A stretch of 64,000 nt of DNA from Octopus vulgaris. Taxonomy: Eukaryota. A program made the translations under genes and the position numbers. The stretch covers positions 66,092,001-66,156,000 of the forward strand of contig OX597815.1 of the NCBI GenBank assembly GCA_951406725.2. The letters are read 5' to 3'. Within the stretch, counting starts at the first letter, position 1, and each line of letters begins with the position of its first letter. The notes beneath the pieces are model-generated. The model worked only from the letters and a program-made list of their open reading frames with translations. It did no database searches and had not been told where the DNA came from. Shown here piece by piece: positions 1 through 12,215 of the stretch.

Positions 1-1867
1 TAAATAATTTGTTTGATGGGTTTTATAAACAAGAACAAAATTCTAGCTACATTCATTGATCTGGAGTAGCTTTGACTGAAGATAAACACAACATGGTTGA
101 AAAATCTTTATCTCTAAGTCCCCTTGTGGATATGACGAACACACATTCCTCTGAAAGTATAACTTGTTCCCCGATAACGAAATACAACAATTAGTATATT
201 CACGTTTGAATCTGTCGAAACGTATTAAGAATGAATATGTATGCCACTGTTTTGATTTTCAACGCACATGAAAATTATTATCTTATTCTCATATTTCATA
301 AATAAAATTAAATGGACACTATTCCTACAATTTCAGTTTTTACTCTCTTTTACGAAAAGTATTTAAAATATTTGTAAGGACATCTAAATTGAGCTTGTCC
401 GAGCCACCAATGACCATGGGGCCGGCCCTAACCCTATTTGCACGTATGCTGCTAATGCACTGCTTCTTAAATGTCCTCCTCCTATCTAAACTCAACGTTC
501 TTGTGTATATTGTGGTGATGGTTGTGTTTTGTCCGTAATTCTAAGACGTTACTTTGAAAGCACTGAGAGTTTGGTCTTCACGTAATGATTCAACAATTGT
601 AAAAGTTACCTAATGTATCTCATTCTTGAACAATAATGTGAAGGTGAAAGTTGATTTTACCATTGATGTTGGCCATAAAATGGCTAATTTTGCATCGTAT
701 ACAACAAGGAACCTACATCATCAAGTATCTACTTGTTTAGACCTAGTTGAACTTGGCCTTTAAGAATGAATAGTTTTGGCCACGAATACAGCGTTGTGGT
801 GATGATAAAGACACAATAGTGTACTTAGTTCTGTTCTTCTTTATTCTTAAGGAAAATCCTACAATGGTCCAGTTTTTCATCGATCAATAAAATAAACTAT
901 CAATAAAACAATCTATCAGTCATGTGATCATGGTAATCTATCAGTGTAAAGAATTTGATTCACTTAAAAATTCGAGATACGCAATAGAAATAGCATCAAA
1001 TTAATAAAAACAGCTATGTACTATTATTACACGTCTTTACATCGTTGAGAAGTATGATGCTGTGGCTTTTATCCGGGAGAGAATCTCTTCAAAAACATGC
1101 CGTGTTAAAAAAAAACATAGATATATACATAAATGTGTGTGTGTGTGTATCATTAACACGAACACAATCACCAACAGTAATATATGATGAAGTAGATCAG
1201 CAAATTTGTTTCAAATAAAACATATAATGTGGTGATCTCCTCAGGCACGTGCCGTCAGTAATTACTCAAGGTAGGTAGTTGATGACGTTTATGTAGTAAA
1301 ACACACACACAAAAAGCGAAACACAGGCGCGCGACTGAGTTGTAGGCAAATTTACTTCTGCCTTTATAGTGCGTAAAGAAAACGTTGTTGCAGGAATGTA
1401 CGCAGATCGTGTACTACAGCAGTCCTATGTGTAGCTTTAATACTGAGATTGAAAGGCAGGGGCGGATTATGCCTACTTAATCTACAAAAAAAATTAAATA
1501 TTTTGTATTTATGCAGAGTAATCAGAGTAACCTTCATAATTTTATTGAATTAGGTCCATATTTTACCATAAAAGGAAAACGTTACTATTGAACTGGTTCT
1601 ATTGTATTTTAAAAGTTGAATGAAATGTCTTTGATCTTAAGTATATGAGGTTTGACTTGAGACTAAAGAGCCACAGCAATACAATTAGCAAGAACAATAT
1701 AACCCCACACCACCAAGAATACCTGACCACTATCATTAACTTCTAAACCAATGCAACCCATATCATCATCACTATCAACCCACCAGCCTTTGAATCCAAC
1801 AGGCTACAACAGATATCAGCATGTACGCCAACACATGTGTGTTCATGAGTGTGTGTATCTGTGTGTG

Positions 1868-2165
1868 GTGAAGGCGCTTGGGTTAGCGGTTAGGGTATTC
1901 GGATTACGATCTTGAGTTCAATTCCCCGCTGCGCGTTTTGTCCTTGCGCAAGACACTTTATTTCACTCTGCTCCAGTGCACTCAGCTGTATTTCAAAGAG
2001 CCAGTCTTGTCACGTTTTGTGTCTCGCTGAATCTCTCTGAGAATTACGTTAAGGTTACGTGTCCCTGTGCAATACTCCGCTACTTGCACTTTAATTTCAC
2101 AAGCAGGCTGTTCCATTGATCGGGTCGACTAAAACACTTGTCATTGTAACCGACGGAGTGCCAGT
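1868..2165 (+). mobile_element. tRNA-derived SINE (family C)
   Basis: A/B-box-like head (GGTTAGCGG...GAGTTCAATTCC) followed by GTCCTTG...AAGACACTTTATTTCAC; related copies near 30990-31230 (-) and 50395-50580 (+). Confidence 0.65.
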
Positions 2166-2210
2166 CTGTGTCTGTGTATGAGTGTATGAGTTGTGTGTGG
2201 TGTGGTGTGA

Positions 2211-2256
2211 TGGTGGTGGTGGTGGTGGTGGTGGTGGTGGTGGTGGTGGTGGTGGT

Positions 2257-2306
<50 letters not shown>
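2211..2306. repeat. compound microsatellite (GGT)n-(GT)n
   Basis: seen directly. Confidence 0.95.
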
Positions 2307-2308
<2 letters not shown>

Positions 2309-2986
2309 TGTATGTGATTACATTTAAAAAAGACTCATATACATTTATATTCATCGTTAGACATCAGAAAGAATCAGAAATGCAACAAAAAATTTAAATA
2401 TCTAGGTCAAATGAAAGAAGATAGATAATGGGAAAATGGCACATGATAGAAAATTAACGAAACTCAACAAAATCTAAAAACTCAACATAAAATATTCTCT
2501 ACAGCTTCTTTAGGATCTGTTAGAGTGAAACTCTTTCTGATGTATTTACGCATCATGCGAAAAGAAATTATTGAAATTAGACATTACTCATTTAGCCCCA
2601 CTTAAGACTATGGGAAAATTGACTTGGAATCGTACACAGAAAAGAATTTTAATCCTTAAACACTAAAAATTATCCAGATATTTTATTGGCAATCTCAATT
2701 ACATTCGGGTCAAATTCCAGGAAAAATTTCTTGTAAAAATAGTATCTGTCACCTGACTATTTCAAACTTACTCAGCAACAGCTATGCTAGCCAATTTAAC
2801 TCCCAAAAATGATGCAAAAGTACAAGATGATGATGATGCAATACTTGCAATGCAATGATCGTGGTATAATGCAGCAAGAAAATGAGTTGCTTCATCCAGT
2901 CTCATACAATTGCAGCGTGGGAGGTGTTTTTAAGCCATTTAAGAAACACACAAAACCGTTAGATTCACTTCAACATATAAATTTAA

Positions 2987-3037
2987 TTTGTCAAAATATT
3001 TTCATCGCTTTGAGACCGCGACTTGTTCACGGACAAA
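2987..3037 (-). ncRNA. second (inverted) copy of the G3-C8 hammerhead fold
   Basis: reverse complement reads TTTGTCC-GTGAACA-A-GTCGC-ggtctcaaa-GCGAT-GAAA-ATAT-TT-TGACAAA. Confidence 0.6.
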
Positions 3038-3059
3038 ACTTCGTGCTGCATCACGAAGT

Positions 3060-3110
3060 TTTGTCAGTGAACAGGTCGCGGTCTCAAAGCGACGAAAATA
3101 TTTTGACAAA
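3060..3110 (+). ncRNA. minimal type-I hammerhead ribozyme, G3-C8 core variant
   Basis: stem I TTTGTCA(3060-66)/TGACAAA(3104-10); core GTGAACA(3067-73); one extra G; stem II GTCGC/GCGAC; GAAA(3094-97); palindromic loop ATAT; UU cleavage site, predicted cut after 3103. Confidence 0.7.
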
Positions 3111-3435
3111 TTAAATTTATATGTTGAAGTGAATCTAACGGTTTTGTGTGTTGTTTCTTAAATGGCTTATAAACACCCTCCACACTGCAATTGTTTTCGT
3201 TCCAGCACACGATCTCAGATCAAGTCACTCGCTATGCAAGTACATCTCCGTAGTATATATATATATGAGAAATATAAAAATATATAAAAGGGGCAAAAAT
3301 ACTGGAGACTCTGTATGCACCACGTGGCAAAATTAAGAGTTGAAAATATGTGGAAAGCATATATAAAAAGTGGAAGAGAAATGCCTTCCTTTCACATAGC
3401 TTAATATTTTTTTATAAAGAAATTTTTTTTAAATA

Positions 3436-3851
3436 TGCGCAGGAGTGGCTGTGTGGTAAGTAGCTTGTCTACCAACCACATGGTTCCGGGTTCAGTCCCA
3501 CTGCGTGGCACCTTGGGTAAGTGTCTTCTACTATAGCCTCGGGCCGACCAGAGCCTTGTGAGTGGATTTGGTAGACGGAAACTGAAGAAGCCCGTCGTAT
3601 ATATCTATATATATATATATATATATATATGCGTATGTGTGTTTGTGTGTCTGTATTTGTCCCCTAGCATTGCTTGACAACCGATGCTGGTGTGTTTATG
3701 TCCCCGTCACTTAGTGGTTCGGCAAAAGAGACCAATAGAATAAGTACTGGGCTTACAAAAGAATAAGTCCCGGGGTCGAGTTGCTCGATTAAATGCGGTG
3801 CTCCAGCATGGCCGCAGTCAAATGACTGAAACAAGTAAAAGAGTAAAAGAG
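3436..3851 (+). mobile_element. tRNA-derived SINE (family A), full length, CpG-rich copy
   Basis: TGGCTGTGTGG A box, GGTTCAGTCCC B box, internal (TA)n/(GT)n, tail GAAACAAGTAAAAGAGTAAAAGAG; other copies near 6305-6596(-), 12713-13128(-), 16590-16975(+), 33735-34105(-), 41795-42180(+), 43995-44675(-), 58806-59203(-), 62425-62740(-). Confidence 0.85.
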
Positions 3852-3874
3852 TATATATTTTATGGATGTAGTGA

Positions 3875-3918
3875 TATCCTACCGGTTTTCGCTATTTAAA
3901 TTAGCTTTTCAAGGGACA
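3875..3918 (-). ncRNA. hammerhead-like motif, U3-A8 variant, in Penelope pseudo-LTR
   Basis: reverse complement reads TGTCC-C-TTGAAAA-GCTA-atttaaa-TAGC-GAAA-ACCGG-TA-GGATA; the partner copy at about 4530-4573 (+) has a damaged cleavage site. Confidence 0.55.
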
Positions 3919-4064
3919 CTGTGAAGTAATCAATTCTTGTGACAAAGGAAAGGGGTCTCGCCATTTTGGATGTTTGAAAAGTAAGAATGAGTCTAGTGGG
4001 TAGACCAAGGGAGGTAATAGGTGGCAAGGGGGAAACTAACTCTTCAGTATAATTTTTTAAGTGT

Positions 4065-4416
4065 TCAAGTTTGTATATTAAGGTGTGGTCTGTACTTTTG
4101 TATGAACAGGTTTTCCTTGTTTAAGCGTTCTTGTAAGGAGATTGAATTTTTGCATTGGTATAATGGAAAGATATGGAAATTCAGCGTTTTATTTCTTGCG
4201 CATCTGTTGATATGTTCACTCCTGGCTATCTGCCTGTATTGAGGAAAGCGAATCTGTTCTTTATGCAGCGTGACTCTGCGTCTCAAAGTAAGGCTCCTTT
4301 GGCCAACATAATTGTGGCCACAACCTGAGCAGGTTAGGACATAGATAAGGTTCTGAGAAGCACATGCGAAGTTGGTCTTAATGTTTCTCCTTGCTTTGAT
4401 GTGAATTCCGAGCCTT
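4065..4416 (-). pseudogene. Penelope-type GIY-YIG endonuclease C-terminal fragment
   Basis: in-frame extension of ORF 4065..4286 reads KTNFACASQNLIYVLTCSGCGHNYVGQRSLTLRRRVTLHK...ERLNKENLFIQKYRPHLN (LIY...CxxC...YVG...R...H...E...LN pattern). Confidence 0.85.
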
Positions 4417-4692
4417 CAGTTAGGTATGCCACCAGTTACCTCCCTTGGTCCACTCTCTAGACTCTTTCTTATTTTTCAAGTATCCAAAATAGTGACACTC
4501 CTTTGTCACAAGAATTGATTACTTCACAATGTCCCTTGAAAAGCTAATTTAAATAACGAAAACCGGGTGGATATCACTACATCCATAAAATATATATATA
4601 TTTTTAAAAATTTCTTTATAAAAAGATATTAAGCTATGTGAAAGGAAGGCATTTCTCTTCCACTTTTTATGTTTTCCACATATTTTCAACCT

Positions 4693-4693
4693 A

Positions 4694-4729
<36 letters not shown>

Positions 4730-4751
4730 TGTATGTATGTATGTATGTATG

Positions 4752-4840
<89 letters not shown>

Positions 4841-4855
4841 ATATATATATACACG

Positions 4856-4895
<40 letters not shown>

Positions 4896-4905
4896 TATAT
4901 ATATG
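4693..4905. repeat. compound microsatellite (ATGT)n-(AT)n-(AC)n
   Basis: seen directly. Confidence 0.95.
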
Positions 4906-5160
4906 AGACACCATGTTGTTTATCGTTTGTGCCAAGTAGTAACTGCGATGAAGAGATCAAATTTGTTAGTGAGTCAGTTTAAAAGTAACAAAAAGAAGAC
5001 AAGAAACGAAGATAAGAAACAAACATTTCATCTGTTGCGTCAGACCGGCATTCTTTCCTCTGCTCTCCTGCAGAAAATCACGTGTCAGTTTGATCAAGTT
5101 ACTCCTCACATACAGACTTCAGCAGCTCGACACAAGTAACACGCGTGCACACGCACACAC

Positions 5161-5212
<52 letters not shown>

Positions 5213-5578
5213 ATACACACACACAGACACACACACACATATATATATACAAATAGTACCAGCTCTGTAATACAGTGTAGCTTAACAGCTCAAGGCCATT
5301 ACAAGAAACACAAGCCTTTTTCCTTTTTAAATAAACCAAAAAGAAAAACAAGAAACAAACAAAAAAAAGCAACTGCTCTCTTCTGTTACTCAATCAACTA
5401 ATAAACATTCTCTTATACACCACAAACATTCACTTGTCTTTAAACCTTCATCTCTTGTTTCACTTTTGTCTCCTCCTCCTCCTTCTCCTCCTTCGCCTTT
5501 ACTTTTTGCTATTTTATCCCTTTATATCTAATTTTTGTTTACATTCATTCACATACTCTGTCTTGTCTGCTTTTTTCT

Positions 5579-5629
<51 letters not shown>

Positions 5630-8248
5630 CGTGTGACTGAGTGAGTGAGTGTCACTCTCTTAGTATCTCGCTATCTCTCCCTCTTCGTCTCCCTTCACAT
5701 CTCTCTTCCCATTCCCCCTTTCCCCTTCTCTTATCCCCACTACCCCTCTCGCCCCTTTTCCGTCTGTATATATATATGTCTGACTGTCTCCCCTCTTTCT
5801 GTCGCTCCTTCTCTCTCTGTCTCCCTCTCTCTCTATCTGTCTGCCTGTCTCCCCCAACTCTCTCTCAATTTCCTTCCTAAACATTTCTTCCCCGAATTCA
5901 TTTTCCTTTCGTCCCATCCCTCACCTCATTAAGTTACAATAACTCTTAGTTAAATATTTCACTTTAAATCGTAAACATTTTATCCCCACTACTACCGCCA
6001 CCACTACCCTACACTATCCCCTTTACAAAAAAATTCGAGGGTAGACAAGAGAATAGGGAAGCAAACGATCAGAGGTTCATATTGTGTCATCGGCAATGAA
6101 TTGAGTTTGTAGGTGAAGACGTTTTAAATATCAAACAAGTAGGTGAACGTAGCTGTAAACAGCTACAAGGAAGGCGTCCATGAGAAATTTAGCAAGCCGA
6201 AACAATACTGTCTCCGAGCGCAGGTAGTTGGGATAACTCTCTTATCTTTTGTACCGCCTTGAATGAATTTGGTCGAACAAATCGCCCACAGTACTTTTTT
6301 TTTTTAAAGTTTGGTATTTATTCTATCATTCTCTTTTACTGAACCGCTGAAGTGCAGGTACGTTAACAAACCAACACTGGTTGTCAAGTTGTGTGAGGGG
6401 GGGGACACAAACTCTGACGTCAAGATACACACACATAGATATAAACGACGTGCTTCCATAGTTTCCGTCGACCAAAATTCACTCACATAGCATTGATCAG
6501 CCTGGAGCTAGGACACTTGCTCGAGGTGTTGCGCAGTGAGACCGAACTCGAAAACACATGGTTGCAACGCGAGCTTCTTATAAAGCCGTACCTGTGCTTA
6601 GATGTTTAACAATGCTTAATCTGACTTCTGGCTTTAAATTTATATTGGACTGTAAATAGCTGAAAAAGTGTCGGTAAGAAAAATCATTTTATGTGGACAG
6701 AAACTATGTGTTCTGTGTATAAAAAGGATATTAGAATATTAAATCTACTTTGGATTATATAACTAGAAACGGAATCTTGAGTCACAGAAAAAAAAACTGA
6801 AAATTATGACATAACGTCAATTCAGAGAATTATAAAATTTGAAAGATTTTTGTTCAGTTCACTGAAATAATTAATTATAGTTATTACATGCATAGTGAAG
6901 TTGAAAATTCTATTAAAATTCATATAAATGTTTTCAAAAAGCTTTTGAGTAATGCAGACAAGAAGTTAGGCAAGCTATGTGAGATGATGTCAATAAATGA
7001 AAAAATGTTAAATATCGTATTATTTTACATAGATTCTTGTTTAATGATCCTATAATATGTCGGAAAACATTCCCCTTTCCAAACAGAAGAAAGAAAATAT
7101 TGAAAGAGCTCGTATAAATATGATGTTGCCAACTGGTTATTCAACTTCTCACCTGCATCGCTCAAAGGTATTTTCAAACATTTATATCACGCACCATTAC
7201 AATGTCTCAAGTAAATTACATTCTATTATAATAATCAACGTTGTCAAATGTTGGTCATAAAAGGTGGTCATTTCAACATTTCAGATATTTAAATTCTCCA
7301 ACATCTCTATTCATTTAAATAACCAATTCTAAATCTCTCAGAAGCGAATATTTTTCTAGAAGTGAGATCACTAAATGTTATAAATTTGATCATACTGACG
7401 GCGATCGAGAGAATTTAAGATTCTGACAGATTTCTATTCCAATAAATAATCAAGTTTTAACAGATCTAGATTTATGAAACTAAGATATTTTCATCTTTAT
7501 GTGTGACTTAAAATTATTTATCTCCATCATTTTACGTCCATCAAAAAATGATTATATTCTTATATTCGCAATTGCGAAAACTTGTGAATTTTGTCAAGTC
7601 AATGACCTAATTTTAATAGATTTGACTCTGATTACTGATGGAATTTTAAATGTTCACTCTCTGGCTGGTTATAGATTATAAATTGAAACACATCTCTTCT
7701 TGAAATCCAATACTTACTTTAGAAGAACGGAAGTAAAGGTTAACCTATTCACTTATAGAGCAAAAGTAATGATGCCGCTTTCATGACTGAACTAGGGCTC
7801 TTGCAGAAATGCTCTTGGGTACTTAGAATCTTCGATACAGAATACCATTTCTAAAACAATAAAGATTTTCATATGATTTTAAAGATAAATCTAAAAACAA
7901 TTGTGAAAGATATTCCTTTTTTTTTTTTTTTACCTTTATCATTTCTTTCTACAAACTTACTACCAAACAGTTGCGCTGTCATAACAATATGGGACAAAAT
8001 ACGTAACATCTTCAATACTACTTTCAATGAATTCTCTAGAGAGTGCACTTCTTATGCCCAGACTACTCAAATTCTACCCCTTTCAGCCACATAAATGGAG
8101 CTATAAAGTTATGTAAATGAGGACTCATTTAGATTCGTTTCCTATTACTTATTGTTCCCAGCCAGCATTTCTAATCTACTATAAATTACCATTTTCACTA
8201 CGTCAGTCACAAATTTTGCTTTCAAAATTCTGGGTATGTAGTTAAGTA

Positions 8249-11200
8249 TATAATAATAATAATGTTCGTCCTTCGGGTTCGAAGATGACCATTGACATCA
8301 TTTGGTGGAATTGCTGCTATGAGACCGGAGGTGGCTGGTGAGGCCAATCCGGGCAAGAAAGCCCCTCCCACAGGTGGGGCAGAAGTGGGTAGGGGCTGTG
8401 CTATTGGCTTTCCGCATCTGGCGTTTCTGTTCTGCTGACTGAATCCGTCTCTCCTCGGCTGTCTTTGCTCCTCTGGTGATTGCGCTGCGCCAGGATGAGC
8501 GGTCGGCAGCAAGTGTCTCCCAAGTCTCTGTTCCGATGGAGAAGTCTTTGAGAGAGACTTTGAGACTGTCCTTGAAGCGCTTCTTCTGCCCTCCGACTTT
8601 GCGTTTGCCCTGGCTGAGTTCACCGTAGAAGAGCTGTTTTGGGATGCGAGTCGGACATGCGGGAGACGTGGCCTGCCCATCTCAGCTGGGCCTTGCGCAT
8701 GATCGTGATGGTGCTAGGGAGATCTGCCTGCTTCAGAACTTCCGTGTCTGGGACTTTGTCCTGCCAGCGGATGTGAAGGAGGTTCCGAAGACACCTGAGG
8801 TGGAAGTGGTTTATCTGGCGCTCGTGCCTTCGGTAAGCAGTCCACGTCTCGCAGCCGTATAGTAGGGTGGCAAGCACGACTGCCCGGTAGACTTTCAGCT
8901 TGGTGTTGAGGCTGATTCCTCTCCGCTCCCAGACTTTCTTTCGCAGTCTCCCAAACGCGCTGCTTGCATTGGAGATTCTGTTGATAATTTCAGCATCTAT
9001 GTTGGCATTGCAGGAGAGAGTGCTGCCTAGGTAGGTGAAGTTTTCCACCGCTCGTAGGATCCGTCCGTTCACCTTTATCTGAGGCTCATGGTATTGTTTG
9101 CCGGGGGCTGGCTGAAACATCACTTCGGTTTTCTTGGCACTGACGGTGAGACCGAAGTTGTCACAGGCTGATGAGAACCTGTCCATCCCGAGCTGCATCT
9201 CCTGCTCATCGATTGCGTTAAGGGCGCAATCGTCAGCAAAGAGAAAGTCTCTGACGACTGTCTCCCTCACCTTTGTGACGGCCTGCAATCTTCTGGAGTT
9301 GAAAAATTTCCCGTCCGTCCTGTACTTGATGTCGATACCGGACTTGTAGTCCCTGAAGGCGTCGGACAGCATTGCTGAGAATATGATGCTGAACAGTGTT
9401 GGGGCCAGGACACAGCCCTGCCTGACTCCGTTGGTCACCTGGAAGACTTCAGATGAGTTGCCGTCTTCAAGGACTCTGGCTGTCATTCCGTCGTGGAACT
9501 GGCAGACAATTGCAATAAATTTGCTGGGGCAACCAAATTTTCCCATAACCTTCCAGAGTCCCTCCCGACTGACTGTATCGAAAGCCCTGGTGAGGTCAAC
9601 AAAGGTCATGCAGAGGTCAAGGTGCTGCTCCATGCATTTCTCCTGGAGCTGGCGGGCGGCGAATATCATGTCAGTGGTCCCTCGGCCCGCGCGGAAGCCA
9701 CACTGGATCTCAGGGAGAAGGCCTTGCTCCAAGTGTTCCAGAAGGCGGTCAAGCAAGACTCGGGCCAGGATCTTGCCTGCTATGGACAAGAGGGAGATTC
9801 CTCGGTGGTTGTCGCAGGACTGGCGATCTCCATTCCGCTTATAAATGTGGACGATTGTTGCGTCCCGGAAATCTTGAGGGAGTTGTTCCCTGTCCCACAT
9901 CGACTGAAACAGGCTGGTGAGCTGACTGATCATGGTAGGGCCGCCCGACTTGAACACCTCTGCAGGGATGGCGTCAGAGCCTGGAGATTTGCCGGTGGAC
10001 ATTTTTTTTATGGCTCTGCTCACTTCCTCAACTGCAGGGGGAACAGCCAGCTCGTGGTTTGTCGGCACCTGGGGGAGTCGTGCGATGGCTTCCTCGTTGA
10101 TCTGGGCTGGTCGGTTGAGCACGATGTTGAAATGCTCCGCCCATCTCTCCAGGATCAGCCTCTTGTTAGTCAGGAGTGAGGTTCCATCCGAGCTGAGCAG
10201 GGGATTGATCCAAAGGAGGACTACGGTCCATAGACAGCTTTCAGCGCCTCGTATAATTTCTTGGTGTCGTGTTTGTCTGCGTATCCCTGAATCTCATCCG
10301 CCTTGGCGCTTAACCATGCGTCTTGCATGAGGCGGAGTTTTGCCTGGACTGTGCTGCGAAAGTTGTTGAAAGCAGCCTTCTTTGCCGTGCAGGTAGTGTC
10401 ATTTTGGTGGGCCCGCAGCAGACGGCGTTTCTCTTCCAGGAGCTTTTGGATTTCCTGGTCGTTTTCGTCGAACCAGTCCTGGTGGTTCCTCGTAATTTGG
10501 CCTAGAGTTTCAAGGGCGATGGAATGAACCGTGTCCCTGAATGATTCCCACTGCTCATCGATGCTGGACTGGTCATTCCGAATGTCCAACAGCTTGCTGT
10601 CCATACGTGACTGGAGATCTTGTGCAGTCAGCTGGTTCTTTAATTTCGTGATGTTAAGCTTCCTCGTCACTTTCTGACCCTGTGGTCTTCTCTTAGGTTG
10701 GATGTAGAAATCCATCCTGGAGATGATGAGGTGATGGTCCGTCCAGCAATCAGCTCCACACATGGCTTTGACCAGTCTCACGTCCCGCCTGTCTTTCGCC
10801 CTGCCGATGACGTAATCTATCAGATGGCAGTGTTTGGAGCGTGGATGCATCCATGATGTCTTGTTGCGTGTTGGCAGACGGAACAAGGTGTTGGCGATGG
10901 TAAGATCATGAGAGGCGCACGCCCGCAGGAGGAGCTGCCCGTTGTTGTAGCACTTTCCGATTCTTTGCTTTCCCAGTACGCGATGCCAGGCTTGGTGGTC
11001 AGTCCCGACACGGGCGTTAAAGTCCCCAAGGAGGATGAGCTTCCCAGGCTGGGCTGACGTGATGAGGGAGTCGAGTTCCTCATAGAACCTGTCCTTAACT
11101 TCTTCAGGGTTGGTCATGGTGGGGGCGTAAGCGCTGATGATGGTCGCACTAGTCTTGTTTCCAAGTGGGAGCTGCATCTTCATCAGCCGATCGTTGATAC

Positions 11201-12215
11201 CCTCGGGGGAGCTTTCCAGTTTCCGCACGTGTACTGACTTGATGGCAAAACCAACACCAGCCTCACGACGCTCTTCGCTGCTGCGACCACTCCAAAAGAA
11301 AGTGTAGCCGCCGCCTGTCTCTGTCAGCTGGCCTTTGTCCGCAAGGCGGGTCTCGCTCAGTACTGCGATATCGACATTGTATCGGCTCAGTTCTCTGGCC
11401 ACCAAGGCAGTTCGTCTCTCTGGTCTGTCCGCTTTGGTGTTATCAAGCAGAGTTCTCACGTTCCAAGTTGCGAAAGTGAGCACCTTTGTTCGTTTTCTTT
11501 CTTTGTTTCGACCGCTTGGAAAGGATCCCCGCCAGCCGCGATTTGCTGACCAGGGTGAGGTGAGGCAGGCTATGTTTAGGGCAACCTTTTCTAGCCCCGT
11601 CCTCATGCTGCGGAGACGAGCAGAGCGATCCTGAAGAGGGCTGCTCGGTCACTCAGGAGGTTGCCGGACTCCACTGCTGCCTCAGTTCAGTGAGGGGCGA
11701 CCACATGTCCTGAGCCGCCTGTGTGTGGGTTCACGACTGCAGCTCCCAGTGTATCCTCACCTGCTACTTCGCCGTTTCCCCATCGCCACAGGACTTTGTG
11801 ATGTTGGTGTCATGATGTCATGACGTGCACGTGACTTGGATTATAGTGAGGGTGACTTGCGCAGGATCAGCCTCACTCTCTCGTCCTGGTGCGCCGGATC
11901 CAGTGGCAAGACAAAGTCAAGACGGCTGGGGGTAGACCAGGATGCAGGAGCTGCCGGAAGGTGGCACGCATGGCGCAATCCAACCGCCTTAGGGGCTCCA
12001 CTCCGGATTTATGTAGGTTTTTGGATGGCCATTGACTCATGAGAGAGTTCCTCTGCCCTTTGACAGGTTTTGTTTTTAGTCCTGCTGGGTGTCCAAATCA
12101 CCCTCCTCACCAAGAAATCTTGGTGGGGTTTTGCCAGTTTAGTCGCCAACGACCCGACCGTGTAACAGGTTGTACTGGGTTACATGTTACCAGTAGCTCC
12201 AAGCGGAGACCTGAC
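8249..12215 (-). mobile_element. near full-length RTE-clade LINE (about 4 kb) with 5' UTR, APE-RT ORF and (ATT)n tail
   Basis: GC-rich island; APE motifs TWNVRTL, LSETR, LLGDFNARVG, LIDY, TDH; RT motifs GVRQGCVLAP and LFADD; short 3' UTR followed by (ATT)n. Confidence 0.95.
8298..11606 (-). pseudogene. RTE endonuclease-reverse transcriptase ORF, disrupted
   Basis: ORF 10221..11606 (APE) ends at a TAG with a frameshift at about 10205 (PLLSSDGTSLLTNKRLILERWAEHF continues in the frame of ORF 8620..10122); a second frameshift at about 8642 leads to PKQLFYGEL...CPTCGRGFLARIGLTSHLRSH (C2H2) and TGA at 8298-8300. Confidence 0.9.

Larger units (their letters stand above)
2907..3193. repeat. long near-perfect palindrome (about 140-bp arms, centre about 3048) carrying two divergent hammerhead folds; probably Penelope-derived
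   Basis: CAATTGCAG...AAAACTTCGTG-ctgcat-CACGAAGTTTT...CTGCAATTG; the arms are reverse complements with few mismatches. Confidence 0.9.
3338..4692 (-). mobile_element. 5'-truncated Penelope-like retroelement: GIY-YIG remnant between inverted pseudo-LTRs (left arm interrupted by a SINE)
   Basis: 3338-3435 plus 3852-4018 is the reverse complement of 4436-4692; the spacer encodes a GIY-YIG fragment; each arm has a hammerhead-like motif. Confidence 0.85.

Noticed and set aside
1-860. Possible decayed coding sequence on the minus strand
   Set aside because: Several stops in the frames I read and no recognisable motif
3436-3510. tRNA gene
   Set aside because: A/B boxes belong to a SINE head that continues into a SINE body; no complete cloverleaf
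2097-5932. Numerous ORFs with [12 protein letters not shown], poly-P or poly-G runs (also near 12.8, 17, 37.5 and 56.5 kb)
   Set aside because: They are translations of microsatellites
6660-8230. Non-repetitive AT-rich stretch with short ORFs
   Set aside because: No recognisable domain or convincing exon structure
8644-11634. Plus-strand ORFs up to 228 aa overlapping the RTE
   Set aside because: Antisense shadows of a GC-rich ORF with no independent motifs
12130-12215. Canonical HDV-like or twister ribozyme at the RTE 5' end
   Set aside because: P1/P3/L3 and the twister core could not be fitted; kept only as an unclassified structured module
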